A DNA stretch of 64,000 nucleotides from an uncultured Spirochaetales bacterium (GCA_964413375.1 CAYPSI010000070.1:4323-68322); one strand, 5' to 3'; shown: positions 49,057 to 58,091, counted from the stretch's first letter. Translations and numbers: made by a program. Notes: a model not told the origin generated them from the sequence alone.

Positions 49057-49782
49057 ATGGCCGAAGCCCCCTGGCACGCCTTCTACCAGAGCGAACTCCA
49101 GTCGCTCACCCTGCTCGTGGCACTTCCGGCGCTGTTCCTGGTCTACGCGCTGGCGCGCCCGGTGCGCACGAGCGACCCGCAGGCGCGCTTCGTGGCCCTG
49201 TGGTCGATCGCGTTCGCGCTCGGGACGATCCTCGACCCGATCGCGACGGGCCCGCTCGGCCGCGTGCTCCGCCTCTCGGACGCAGCCCAGCAGGCCGTGA
49301 TGCTCGGCTTCGTGCTGCTCGGCGACTGGCGGGTGCTGCTGCTCGTCTTCGCGCTGGCCTACCCGCCCGAGCGGCGCGCGCGGGCCTTCGCGCACAGCGC
49401 AGCGCTGACACTGGTGGTTCCGATCTTCGCCTTCCTCACCGATGCCGGGCTCCGGTCGCTCCGGCCCGAACTCCCGGGACAGGTGCTGTGGCTCGTCTAC
49501 GAGCTCGGCTTCGTCGCCCTCGCCCTCGCGCTCCGCCGGCGCATCGGCCGGCGCCCCGCCGCCGCTGCCAGCGACGCCGATCGCCGCCTGCTTCGCGCTG
49601 TCCTCGCCTATGCCGCAAGCTACTACGCGCTCTGGGCCAGCGCCGATGCGCTGATCCTCGCCGGCTTCGACGCGGGCTGGGGGCTGCGCATCCTCCCGAA
49701 TCAGCTCTACTACGCATTCACGGTGCCGTTCGCGTTCTTCTGCTACTTCGGCTGGCCCACCGGTCGCGCCGGCGCTGACTGA
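49057..49782 (+). CDS. integral membrane protein, unknown function
   Basis: In-frame tail of ORF 47434..49782, starting at ATG 49057. About 6-7 TM segments. Divergent from the sulfatase/helicase operon. Confidence 0.5.
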   Translation: MAEAPWHAFYQSELQSLTLLVALPALFLVYALARPVRTSDPQARFVALWSIAFALGTILDPIATGPLGRVLRLSDAAQQAVMLGFVLLGDWRVLLLVFALAYPPERRARAFAHSAALTLVVPIFAFLTDAGLRSLRPELPGQVLWLVYELGFVALALALRRRIGRRPAAAASDADRRLLRAVLAYAASYYALWASADALILAGFDAGWGLRILPNQLYYAFTVPFAFFCYFGWPTGRAGAD

Positions 49783-50633
49783 GGCGCGACCGCGCGCGGG
49801 TCGTGCTTGCGGCGGCTCATCGCCTGAAAGTAGGCGACGAGCGCGTCGAGGTCGGCGTCGGAAAGGTGCGGGTTCGCGGGCATGCTCGTGTAGCGGAAGC
49901 TCTGCGGATCGCGCACGAAGGCCTTGAGCTGCTCCGCCGGCCGGTACTCGACGATGCTGCGCGGCAGGTTGAGCTCCGGCCCGACGGCCCCGCCCTCGCC
50001 GTTCACCGCGTGGCAGGCAACGCACTCGCGCCGGTAGATCGCGAAGCCCCGCCAGGCGGGAGAGTCGGACGGCTCGCCCGCTGGCGGCGTGTGCGGATAG
50101 CGCGCCTCGAAGGGCGCGATCTCGATCGCCGCGAGCTGGTAGGGCCACGGATACTGGTGGGAATCGGCCTGCTCCGCGCCAGTCCACACCAGATAGAAGG
50201 GCCCCGGGTCGACCTGGCGGCGATCGATCGGCTCCCAGTGCGGGTCACCCGCATCGGCGCGCTCGGCGTCGGCGAAGGCCAGGTAGCCGCCGGGCTCGGC
50301 GAGGAGCGCGGCAGAGGCCGGCTTCGCATAGCCGTCGAGCGCGCGGAAGAAGACGTTGGCGTCGCCGAGCGCGCTCGGCGCGATTCCGAAGCCCAGCGCG
50401 AAGATCTGTGCCAGTGGGCACGCCAGAAAGACCTTCCGCCGGCCGTAGTAGGGATCGCGTTCGACCGTGACGCGCACCTCGTCGCACCCCCGACGCAGCT
50501 CGGCGAGAGGGATCTCGCGCACGACCTGCCCGTCGCGCTCGAAACGCAGCGTGCCCGCGGCGGCACCCGAAGCGCAGGCGAGGAGGAGCGCGGTGACCGC
50601 GCCCGCCGCGCGCCGAAAGCGACCCCCCGTCAT
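49743..50633 (-). CDS. secreted protein with a C-terminal class I c-type cytochrome domain
   Basis: 296 aa with a signal peptide (AVTALLLACASGAAAG), an unrecognised N-terminal domain, then CVACH..GPEL..MP. Confidence 0.65.
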   Translation of the reverse strand: MTGGRFRRAAGAVTALLLACASGAAAGTLRFERDGQVVREIPLAELRRGCDEVRVTVERDPYYGRRKVFLACPLAQIFALGFGIAPSALGDANVFFRALDGYAKPASAALLAEPGGYLAFADAERADAGDPHWEPIDRRQVDPGPFYLVWTGAEQADSHQYPWPYQLAAIEIAPFEARYPHTPPAGEPSDSPAWRGFAIYRRECVACHAVNGEGGAVGPELNLPRSIVEYRPAEQLKAFVRDPQSFRYTSMPANPHLSDADLDALVAYFQAMSRRKHDPRAVAPQSAPARPVGQPK

Positions 50634-50646
50634 CGATCCCCTCCGT

Positions 50647-51531
50647 TCAGCCGACGCGCCGGATCACGACGAGGCGCCCCACGAGCTCCTCGGGCGGGGC
50701 GGCGTCCGGCGTCGCCAGCTCGATCCGAGGGCCGACTCCCTGCACCACCCGCACGCCGTCGCGCGTGCGAACGAAGCCCTTCACTCTCAGTGCGGAAGTG
50801 GCGCGCAGCCGAGCGACGAGCGCCTCGGCTTCGATCTCCGGCTCGACGACGAGCTCCTCCGCCTCGAAGCGCTCGTGGAGGTGGTCCGCGTGCGCCTCGC
50901 CTGTGCCCTCGCGCCGAAGCGCCCGCCGCCCCGTCGGATCCGGCGGGAAGAGCAGGCGCAGATCGACGTCTGCGTGCACCGCGTGCAGGATCGGTGCCTC
51001 GGGCTCGATCTCGCGCAGCATCGCCTCGAGGCGCGGGATCGCGGACTCGCCCACGCGGTCGAGCTGGTTCAGGACCAGCAGGTCCGCGGAGGAAACCTGC
51101 TGCTCGAAGGTCCCCTCGAGCTCTCGCCCCGCCGCGAGCTGCTCGGCGTTCACCACGACCACCGCCACGTCGTCCGCGATCCAGCCCGCGACGGGCTCGC
51201 GCCAGAAGTTGAGCTGCGTGTCGTAGGGGAGCGCCACGCCGGAGGTCTCGACGATCACGCGGTCCGGGTCGACGCGCCGGCGCAGCATCTCGAGTGTCTC
51301 GACGAGCTGATCCGAGAGCTTGCAGCAGACGCAGCCGCCGCGCAGCTCGACGTAGTCGTCCTGCATGCGGCCGAGGAGCGCCGCGTCGATGCCGAGCTCT
51401 CCGAACTCGTTCGACACCAGCGCCACGCGCACGCCCTGCGCCTGCGCGTCGGCGAGCAGGCGCCGCACGAGCGTCGTCTTGCCCGAGCCGAGGAAGCCCG
51501 AGACCACGAGCGCCGGGATCCGCCGCATCAC
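50647..51531 (-). CDS. COG0523 / CobW family G3E GTPase metallochaperone
   Basis: Contains the P-loop GFLGSGKTT, the GCVCCK (CxCC) motif and LNQLD. A CobW C-terminal domain is present. Confidence 0.85.
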   Translation of the reverse strand: MMRRIPALVVSGFLGSGKTTLVRRLLADAQAQGVRVALVSNEFGELGIDAALLGRMQDDYVELRGGCVCCKLSDQLVETLEMLRRRVDPDRVIVETSGVALPYDTQLNFWREPVAGWIADDVAVVVVNAEQLAAGRELEGTFEQQVSSADLLVLNQLDRVGESAIPRLEAMLREIEPEAPILHAVHADVDLRLLFPPDPTGRRALRREGTGEAHADHLHERFEAEELVVEPEIEAEALVARLRATSALRVKGFVRTRDGVRVVQGVGPRIELATPDAAPPEELVGRLVVIRRVG

Positions 51532-52028
51532 GCCGGGGATCTTGGATCCATCCGGAAGAACCAGACGTCGCGGCCGGCCACCGCCGCCTCCGCGTCACCG
51601 ACGCCGTACTTGCGCGCCAGCTCGGCGCCGAGGAGGCGCAGCAGCTCAGGGTCCGACTCGCGCAGCGCCTGTCGCTCGTAACGGCGACCGTCGATGCGCA
51701 GCACGACGCGCCCGTCGCGCAGCGCCTGGTGCGGCCAACTCTTGCTCTCCGGGAAGCCGCAGGGCACGTAGAGCACGCCACCCACCACGGCGAGCCAGAC
51801 GGTGCGCGAGCGCGGGCTCTGCGGATCCACCTCGAGCTCGATCGAGCCGGTGTGCTTGGCGAAGGACCAGTCGGGAACCGCTTCGCCCACGAGCTCTCCT
51901 GCCACGAGCGGCCCGCCCGGGAAGGGGCCGATCGGACCGTCGGAGAAGCGGGCCGCCACCGCCACCAGGCAGGCGGCCGCCACCAGCGCACCGGTGCCGA
52001 GCGCGAGCCATCGCCACCAGCGTCCCAT
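51528..52028 (-). CDS. membrane-anchored hypothetical protein
   Basis: ORF 51528..52127 trimmed to the internal ATG (codon 34, position 52028), which gives MGRWWRWLALGTGALVAAACLVAV. Its stop overlaps the CobW start by 4 nt. Confidence 0.5.
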   Translation of the reverse strand: MGRWWRWLALGTGALVAAACLVAVAARFSDGPIGPFPGGPLVAGELVGEAVPDWSFAKHTGSIELEVDPQSPRSRTVWLAVVGGVLYVPCGFPESKSWPHQALRDGRVVLRIDGRRYERQALRESDPELLRLLGAELARKYGVGDAEAAVAGRDVWFFRMDPRSPA

Positions 52029-52056
52029 CGAGCGTTTCCTCCCCGCGCTGTTCACG

Positions 52057-52887
52057 CTATTCGCCCGCGCGCAGCGGCTCGCTCCGCAGCTCGGCGTAGA
52101 CGCCGAAGTGATCCGAGGGCCAGACACCCTCCACTTCGTCGTCGCAGACGACGCGGCAGGCGAGAACCTGCCCCAGGCCGTCGCGGCGCGGAAGCCCCGC
52201 GAAGATGTAGTCGATGCGACGGTCCGGCTCGCGCTCGGCGCGCGCCCAGGGGTTGGCGTTGCTCCAGGTGATGCCCGGACCGGGGCCGCCGGCCACGTGC
52301 CAGGCGTCGAGATAGGCCACGCTCCAGCCGCCGATCGACTGCAGCCCCCTCAGGTAGCGGATCTCGCTCGACTCGGGCTCCGCGTTGAGATCACCCGCGA
52401 GGATCGGCGGAAACCCGTGCTTCGGCTGCCGTCGCTGCACCAGGTCGCAGAGCGCCACCACCTGCTGCTCGCGCACCCAGCCGTGGTGGAGCTTCCAGTT
52501 GAGGTGCGTAACGGTGAAGGAGACGGGACCCGGCGGGGCAAGGGTCGTCACCGAGAGCGCGCTGCGCGTCTCGCGGTCGCCCGCGTCGGGCAGCACGATC
52601 GACTCCTGCGATGCGATCGGGAAGCGGCTCGCGATCGCGTTGCCGAGTACCCCGCGCTCGCTCTCGCGCCCGGCGCGCCAGAACGGCGACGCCGGCGCAA
52701 AGGCCACGTGATAGCGACGCTCGCCGAGGAGCTCCGCGAGCTGGTCGAGCCAGGGGACGCGCAGCACCTCCTGGAACGCGATCAGGTCGGGAGCGAGCCG
52801 GTCGATCCAGCTCCGGATGCGCTCGGTGCGCGCGGGCCAGGGCCCGGAGTCGTGCCAGAGGTTCAGCGTCAGGACGGAGAGCGTCAT
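52057..52887 (-). CDS. endonuclease/exonuclease/phosphatase (EEP) family protein
   Basis: ORF 52057..53256 trimmed to ATG 52887. Contains LTLNLWH, IAFQEV, GDLNAEP and WPSDHFGV. Confidence 0.8.
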   Translation of the reverse strand: MTLSVLTLNLWHDSGPWPARTERIRSWIDRLAPDLIAFQEVLRVPWLDQLAELLGERRYHVAFAPASPFWRAGRESERGVLGNAIASRFPIASQESIVLPDAGDRETRSALSVTTLAPPGPVSFTVTHLNWKLHHGWVREQQVVALCDLVQRRQPKHGFPPILAGDLNAEPESSEIRYLRGLQSIGGWSVAYLDAWHVAGGPGPGITWSNANPWARAEREPDRRIDYIFAGLPRRDGLGQVLACRVVCDDEVEGVWPSDHFGVYAELRSEPLRAGE

Positions 52888-52897
52888 CGCAGCCCCG

Positions 52898-53254
52898 TCA
52901 TGCGAGGAGCGCCCCCGCCTCGGCCAGGGTCTCGCGCGCGTCCGGGTCGGGCTCGTAGAAGGACCAGATGCCGATCTTCGAGGTGCGCAAGAGGCCCGCC
53001 TCGCGCAGCACGCGCAGGTGGTGCGAGATCGTGGGCTGCGAGAGGCCGAAGTGCGCGACGACGTCGCACACGCAGGTCGGACCGCTCTGCGCGGCCAGCA
53101 GCCGCAGGATCTCGAGACGCGTCGGGTCCGAGAGCGCCTTGAAGACAGCGACCAGCCGATCCTGCTCGCCGGCGGGCAGCGGGGCGACGCGCCGCGGCGG
53201 GCAGCAGCCCTCCGGGCGTGCCCGGCTGTGTCGGACGCGGCGGGCGCTGGCCAC
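52898..53254 (-). CDS. arsR: ArsR/SmtB family metal(loid)-responsive transcriptional repressor
   Basis: Contains FKALSDPTRLEILRLL, the alpha3 site CVCDV and QPTISHHLRVLREAGL. The N-terminal extension has a CC pair. The GTG start is uncertain. Confidence 0.85.
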   Translation of the reverse strand: MASARRVRHSRARPEGCCPPRRVAPLPAGEQDRLVAVFKALSDPTRLEILRLLAAQSGPTCVCDVVAHFGLSQPTISHHLRVLREAGLLRTSKIGIWSFYEPDPDARETLAEAGALLA

Positions 53255-53263
53255 ACAGAGATA

Positions 53264-53292
53264 TTGACAGATATCGATACAATGTCTAGGCT
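53264..53292 (+). promoter_or_regulatory. candidate promoter for the arsI/cadI operon
   Basis: A perfect TTGACA (53264-53269), a 17-nt spacer, then TAGGCT (53287-53292), in an AT-rich island. Confidence 0.4.
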
Positions 53293-53296
53293 GGAG

Positions 53297-53322
53297 ATCG
53301 CATCGAAATCTATCGATGCGAT
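53297..53322. promoter_or_regulatory. perfect inverted repeat, candidate ArsR operator
   Basis: ATCGCATCGA-AATCTA-TCGATGCGAT lies immediately downstream of the -10. Additional ATCGAT cores occur at 53272-53279 and 53310-53324. Confidence 0.55.
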
Positions 53323-53354
53323 AGCTCGGGGGCTACCCGGGCAGGAGGAGATCC

Positions 53355-53732
53355 ATGCGGCTCCAGCTCGCCCTCAACGTCCGCAACCTCGAGGAGGCCG
53401 TCGACTTCTACACGAAGCTCTTCGCTACGCCTCCGCAAAAGCGCAAGCCCGGCTACGCGAACTTCGCGATCGAGCGTCCGCCGCTCAAGCTCGTGCTCTT
53501 CGAGAACCCAGAGGCTCCCGAGCGCATCAACCACCTCGGCGTCGAGGTCTTCGAGGACGCCGACGTGCGCGTCGCCACCGACCGGCTCAAGGCCGCCGGA
53601 ATGGAGCACCTGGTGGAGGACGAGAGCACCTGCTGCTACGCCACCCAGAACAAGGTCTGGGCGCGCGAGCCCGAGGGCCTGCGCTGGGAGTGGTACCGGG
53701 TGATCCAGGACGCAGAGAGCTTCTCGAAGTGA
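53355..53732 (+). CDS. ArsI/CadI family VOC-fold metalloenzyme
   Basis: 125 aa with a GGAGGAG RBS. Contains LNVRNLEEAVDFY, INHLGVEV and a vicinal Cys pair (ESTCCYA). Confidence 0.8.
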   Translation: MRLQLALNVRNLEEAVDFYTKLFATPPQKRKPGYANFAIERPPLKLVLFENPEAPERINHLGVEVFEDADVRVATDRLKAAGMEHLVEDESTCCYATQNKVWAREPEGLRWEWYRVIQDAESFSK

Positions 53733-53736
53733 CGCG

Positions 53737-54594
53737 GTGAAGCCGAGCGAGGCGACGGTCCGCAGCATCCTGACGCGCACGTCCGGATACCTGCGCAGCG
53801 TCACCTCGCACTCGCTCCAGCCGTACCGGGGATGCAGCTACGGAAACGCGCTCTGCGGCGTCGGCTGCTACGTGCGGCACAACGGCTGGGTGACGCGCGG
53901 GGAGGCCTGGGGGAGCTTCCTCGAGGCGCGCACGAACGCGGCGGAGCGTTACCGCGAGCAGGCGCCGCGCGAGCGGCGCTGGGCACGCCGGGCGCGAGGA
54001 GATTTTTCGATCTTCCTGTCGAGCTCGACGGACCCCTTCGTGCCGCAGGAGCGGAGCCAGGGGATCACGAGGCGCGTGCTCGAGGCGATCTGCGACGAGC
54101 CTCCCGACGCGCTCGTGGTGCAGACGCACAGCCACCGCGTGACCGACTACCTCGATCTCTATCCCCGCGTCGCGGCTGCCTGCCGGCTGCGCTTCCACCT
54201 CTCGATCGAGAGCGATCGCGACGGTCTCCCGGGCCTCCCGCCGCCCGCCAGCTCCGTCGCGAAGCGACTCGCGGCGGCCGCTGCGCTGCGCGCGGCAGGT
54301 CTTCGCAGCGTCGTCACCGTCTCGCCGCTGCTCCCGATCGAGCACCCCGAGGAATTCTTCGCGCGCCTCGCCGAGGTCGCCGATGCGGTCGTGATCGATC
54401 ACTTCGTCGGAGGCGACGGCAGTTCCGACGGCGCGCGCACGCGCCGGACGAAGCTCCCGGCCGCGATGGAGGCGCTGCTCCCCGGCTCGAGCGAGCTCGC
54501 GTATCGCGACGCGATCATCGCGATCGCGCAGCGCGCCTTGCCAGGCCGCGTCGGCATCGGCCCCGACGGCTTCGCCGGGCGCTATCTCGCTTGA
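53737..54594 (+). CDS. SPL / COG1533-like radical SAM-type protein with an atypical cysteine motif
   Basis: It starts 5 nt after the arsI-like stop. It has the family-like ILTRTSGYL..QPYRGC and SSSTDPFVPQE, but the Cys triad is CSYGNALCGVGC (CX6CX3C) rather than CX3CX2C. Confidence 0.6.
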   Translation: MKPSEATVRSILTRTSGYLRSVTSHSLQPYRGCSYGNALCGVGCYVRHNGWVTRGEAWGSFLEARTNAAERYREQAPRERRWARRARGDFSIFLSSSTDPFVPQERSQGITRRVLEAICDEPPDALVVQTHSHRVTDYLDLYPRVAAACRLRFHLSIESDRDGLPGLPPPASSVAKRLAAAAALRAAGLRSVVTVSPLLPIEHPEEFFARLAEVADAVVIDHFVGGDGSSDGARTRRTKLPAAMEALLPGSSELAYRDAIIAIAQRALPGRVGIGPDGFAGRYLA

Positions 54595-54627
54595 CCCGCC
54601 TCTCCGCCTCCGTCCGGATCGGGCCGA

Positions 54628-54668
54628 GCAAGCGCGAAGCGCGCGCAGCGAGGCGTAGCCGAGCGGAG
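54628..54668 (+). repeat. dispersed repeat, H module
   Basis: GCAAGCGCGAAGCGCGCGCAGCGAGGCGTAGCCGAGCGGAG, in the convergent gap before the LLM gene stop. Confidence 0.8.
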
Positions 54669-54676
54669 GTCTCGAA

Positions 54677-55654
54677 CTAGCCGGCGATCTCGGCGACGAG
54701 CGCGAGGGAGGCCTCGGCGAGCTCGCGCGGAAGGCCCGGGATCTGCGCTCGCACCACGAGGTGCGTCATGCCGAGCTCCTCGCGGTAGCGGGCGATCCCG
54801 TCGGCCACCTGCTCGGGCTCGCCGACGATCGCCCAGTCCTCGAGGCTCGCGTCGGCGATGCGCCGGAACGCGGGACCGGGCGCGCGCGCGAGGGTCGCCG
54901 CCTGGCGCGCGAGCGCCTCGCGCACCTCGCGGAGCCTCGTCTCGTCGCGGCTCGCGAAGATCGTGCGCATGATCGGAACGGCGAGCTTCGCGCTGCGAGA
55001 CGCCTCCGGCAGTGCCTCGCGGTGGCGCGCGTAGTTCTCCGCGAGCCTTGCGATCGGCTCGATCGGCGAAGCCAGGTAGGGGAGCCCGAGGCGACCGGCC
55101 TGTGTCACCGCCTTGGGCCCGAAGGCCGCAACCCAGACCGGCGGGTGCGGCCGCTGCACTGGAAGCGGCGCCAGCAGCACCGGCTTCGGCGGACCCCCCG
55201 CGCCATCCTGGTGAAAGGCCACCGGCTCCCCGCTCCAGGCGCCGACGATCAGACGCAGGTTCGCCTCGAAGCGGTCGCGCTTCTCCGCGACCGGAACGTC
55301 GAAAGCGCTGAAGAGCGCGCCTCGAAAGCCGCGCCCGACGCCGAGGATCACGCGCCCGCCCGAGAGGCGGTCGAGCACCGCCACCTCCTCGGCCACATGG
55401 ATCGGATGGCGAACCGGAAGCAGGAACGAGGTGGTTGCGACGCGCAGGCGCGTCGTGCGCGCGGCGACCACGGCGAGTAGCAGGAGCGGCGCGGGAATCG
55501 CGCCGGCATCGCCGAAGTGGTGCTCCGGCAGCCAGAAGGAGCCGAAGCCGAGCCGCTCCGCCAGCTCGCCCTGCTCCGCGAGCACCGTGGCGGAACCGTC
55601 GTGCTCGAGGACCCACGGCGTCGTTCCGAGCTCGAGGGGCGCGGCGGGGCTCAC
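54677..55654 (-). CDS. LLM-class (luciferase-like) flavin- or F420-dependent oxidoreductase
   Basis: Contains GFGSFWLPEHHF and a TIM-barrel LLM pattern. 325 aa. Confidence 0.85.
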   Translation of the reverse strand: MSPAAPLELGTTPWVLEHDGSATVLAEQGELAERLGFGSFWLPEHHFGDAGAIPAPLLLLAVVAARTTRLRVATTSFLLPVRHPIHVAEEVAVLDRLSGGRVILGVGRGFRGALFSAFDVPVAEKRDRFEANLRLIVGAWSGEPVAFHQDGAGGPPKPVLLAPLPVQRPHPPVWVAAFGPKAVTQAGRLGLPYLASPIEPIARLAENYARHREALPEASRSAKLAVPIMRTIFASRDETRLREVREALARQAATLARAPGPAFRRIADASLEDWAIVGEPEQVADGIARYREELGMTHLVVRAQIPGLPRELAEASLALVAEIAG

Positions 55655-55709
55655 GAGCCGAGCGTATCGCGGCCGCGAGGCGGGGACCCGCCCAACACTA
55701 CCCGGGCCT

Positions 55710-55780
55710 CGCGCTCGCTCTTCGCTCGCGCTCGGGCTCCGGGCTTCGCTCGCCTGCGGCTCGCTGCGCGCTGCGCTTGC
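55710..55780 (-). repeat. dispersed repeat, H module (reverse orientation) preceded by a degenerate partial copy
   Basis: CTTCGCTCGCCTGCGGCTCGCTGCGCGCTGCGCTTGC (55744-55780), with CGCGCTCGCTCTTCGCTCGCGCTCGGG upstream. Confidence 0.8.
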
Positions 55781-55909
55781 AGTCGCGTCGATGGGGATCC
55801 TGTTTTATCATTCGGCGTCCCCGAGCCCGGTCGCGCCCGGCCTCGGGGGCCCTGTTCCATCCACCCCCCACTCGTCGCCACCGCGCGGTCCGGGGCGAAC
55901 GAGAGCCCG

Positions 55910-57097
55910 ATGCGCATCGAGTTCACCCCCGAGCAAGAGAAGCTCCGCCAGGAGATCCGCCGCTACTACCGCGAGCTCTTCACGCCGGAGCTGCGGGCGG
56001 CCTTCGAGGCGGAGCGAGGCGAAACCGGGGGCCCCGTCTTCCGCAAGATCGTCGGCCGCATGGGCCAGGACGGCTGGCTCGGGATCGGCTGGCCCGTCGA
56101 GTACGGCGGCCAGGGACGCACCCCGATCGAGCAGTTCATCTTCTGGGACGAGACCTATCGGGCGCGCGCGCCGCTCCCGATCATCCAGGTGAACTCGATC
56201 GGCCCGACGATCATGGAGTTCGGGACGGACGCCCAGAAGCGCGAGCTCCTGCCCCGCATCCTGAAGGGCGAGCTCATCATCGCGATGGCCTACTCGGAGC
56301 CCCGCGCCGGCACCGACCTCGCCTCGCTCGAAACGCGCGCGGTACGCGACGGCGACAGCTTCGTGATCAACGGCCAGAAGCTCTTCACCACCTTCGCCCA
56401 CGACGCCGATCTCGTCTGGGTGGCGGCCCGCACCGACCCGGAAGCGCCGAAGCACCGCGGCATCTCGATCCTGCTGGTGCCGACCGACGCTCCCGGCTAC
56501 TCGGTGACACCCATCTACACGCTCGGGCGCGAGCGCACCAACGCGACCTACTATGCGGACGTGCGCGTCCCCGTCGCGAACCTCGTCGGGCCCGAGAACG
56601 GCGGCTGGACGCTCATCACCTCGCAGCTCAAGCACGAGCGCATCGCGCTCGCGACGCCGGGCTTCGCCGAAGCGATGCTCGACGCCGTCTGGCACTGGGC
56701 GGGCGAGGCGCGTAGCCCTGAGAAGGGAAGGCTCGTCGATCAAGGCTGGGTGCAGCTCGCGCTCGCGCGCGTCCAGGCGAAGCTGCGCGCGCTCCAGGTG
56801 CTGGCCTGGCGCTCGGCCTGGGCGCAGAGCGAAGGCATCGCCAGCATGGCCGAGGCGTCGGCCCTCAAGGTGATGGGCTCGGAGTTCTTCGTCGAGGCCT
56901 ACGATCTGCTGCTCCAGATCACCGGGTCCGCGGGAACCGTGGTAGCGGGCGAACCCCGCGCGCTCCTCGAAGGCCGCCTCGAGGAGGCCTATCGGGGAGC
57001 CACCACGCTGACCTTCGGCGGCGGCGTGAACGAGGTGCAGCGCGACATCATCGCGACGGCCGGCCTGGGCCTCCCCCGGGCGCGTGCCCGCGCCTAG
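55910..57097 (+). CDS. acyl-CoA dehydrogenase (FadE-type, cluster subunit 1)
   Basis: ORF 55517..57097 trimmed to ATG 55910. Contains MAYSEPRAGTDLASL, INGQKLFTT and LTFGGGVNEVQRDII. Confidence 0.85.
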   Translation: MRIEFTPEQEKLRQEIRRYYRELFTPELRAAFEAERGETGGPVFRKIVGRMGQDGWLGIGWPVEYGGQGRTPIEQFIFWDETYRARAPLPIIQVNSIGPTIMEFGTDAQKRELLPRILKGELIIAMAYSEPRAGTDLASLETRAVRDGDSFVINGQKLFTTFAHDADLVWVAARTDPEAPKHRGISILLVPTDAPGYSVTPIYTLGRERTNATYYADVRVPVANLVGPENGGWTLITSQLKHERIALATPGFAEAMLDAVWHWAGEARSPEKGRLVDQGWVQLALARVQAKLRALQVLAWRSAWAQSEGIASMAEASALKVMGSEFFVEAYDLLLQITGSAGTVVAGEPRALLEGRLEEAYRGATTLTFGGGVNEVQRDIIATAGLGLPRARARA

Positions 57098-58088
57098 CAA
57101 AGAGGAGCGGCCGGTGGCGGATCCCGCGCAGAGCAAGGAGAGCTTCGAGGCAAGGCTCCAAGGCTACGTCGGGCTCGCGGAAGGCCCCCCCTACACCTGC
57201 CCCGACGCGGTGAACGAGGCGATGATCCGCCACTGGTGCGAGGCGATGGGCGACGCGAACCCCGCCTACCTCGACCCCGAGGCGGCGAAGCGCTCCGTGC
57301 ATGGCGGCATCGTGGCACCGCCGACGATGCTCCAGGTCTGGGACATGCGCGGCTACGCGATGCACGACCCGGCGCTGCTGCCGCCGAACAAGCAGCGCGA
57401 GCTCCACGGCATCTTCGACGCGGCGGGCTACACCGGCGTCGTCGCGACCGACACCGAGCAGGAGTTCCACCGCACCCTGCGCCCCGGGGATCGCATCACC
57501 GCGCACACCGTGATCGAGAGCATCTCGGAGCAGAAGACGACGGCGCTCGGCACCGGCTATTTCGTCGTGACGCGCACCCGCTTCAGCGACCAGAAGGGCG
57601 AAGAAGTGGGCGCCCTCTCCTTCCGCGTGCTGAAGTTCCGCCCGAACCAGCCCGCCGCGCAGCCGGCGGCCCCCGGCAGCGCTCCGGCGAAGCCGCGGCG
57701 CATCCGCAGCCCGCGCGGCTTCGACAACGCCTGGTGGTGGGAGGCCTGCGATCAGGGGAAGCTCCTGATCCAGAAGTGCAGCGACTGCGGCGCGCTGCGC
57801 CACCCGCCGCGTCCGATGTGCGGAAAGTGTCAGTCCTCGCGCTGGGAAGCGGTCCCCGCATCGGGCCGGGGCAGCGTGCACAGCTACACCATCCTGCATC
57901 ACCCGCCGATCCCCGGCTACGAGCTCCCGCTGCCCGTGGCACTCATCGATCTCGAGGAGGGGACACGGCTCGTCGCGAACATCGGAGGCTGCAAGCCCGA
58001 GGACCTGCGCATCGGGATGAAGGTCGAGTGTCTCTTCGAGGACGTGGACGAGTCGATGAGGCTCCCGGTCTTTTTTGTGGTGAAGTAG
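57084..58088 (+). CDS. MaoC-like hydratase fused to a DUF35 Zn-ribbon/OB-fold domain (ChsH2-like architecture)
   Basis: The N-terminal hotdog domain has IRHWCEAMGDANPAY..TDTEQEFHRTLRPGD. The C-terminal part has CSDCGALRHPPRPMCGKC..GSVHSYTIL. The start is uncertain (GTG 57084 or GTG 57114). Confidence 0.75.
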   Translation: MPAPSKEERPVADPAQSKESFEARLQGYVGLAEGPPYTCPDAVNEAMIRHWCEAMGDANPAYLDPEAAKRSVHGGIVAPPTMLQVWDMRGYAMHDPALLPPNKQRELHGIFDAAGYTGVVATDTEQEFHRTLRPGDRITAHTVIESISEQKTTALGTGYFVVTRTRFSDQKGEEVGALSFRVLKFRPNQPAAQPAAPGSAPAKPRRIRSPRGFDNAWWWEACDQGKLLIQKCSDCGALRHPPRPMCGKCQSSRWEAVPASGRGSVHSYTILHHPPIPGYELPLPVALIDLEEGTRLVANIGGCKPEDLRIGMKVECLFEDVDESMRLPVFFVVK

Positions 58089-58091
58089 GCG

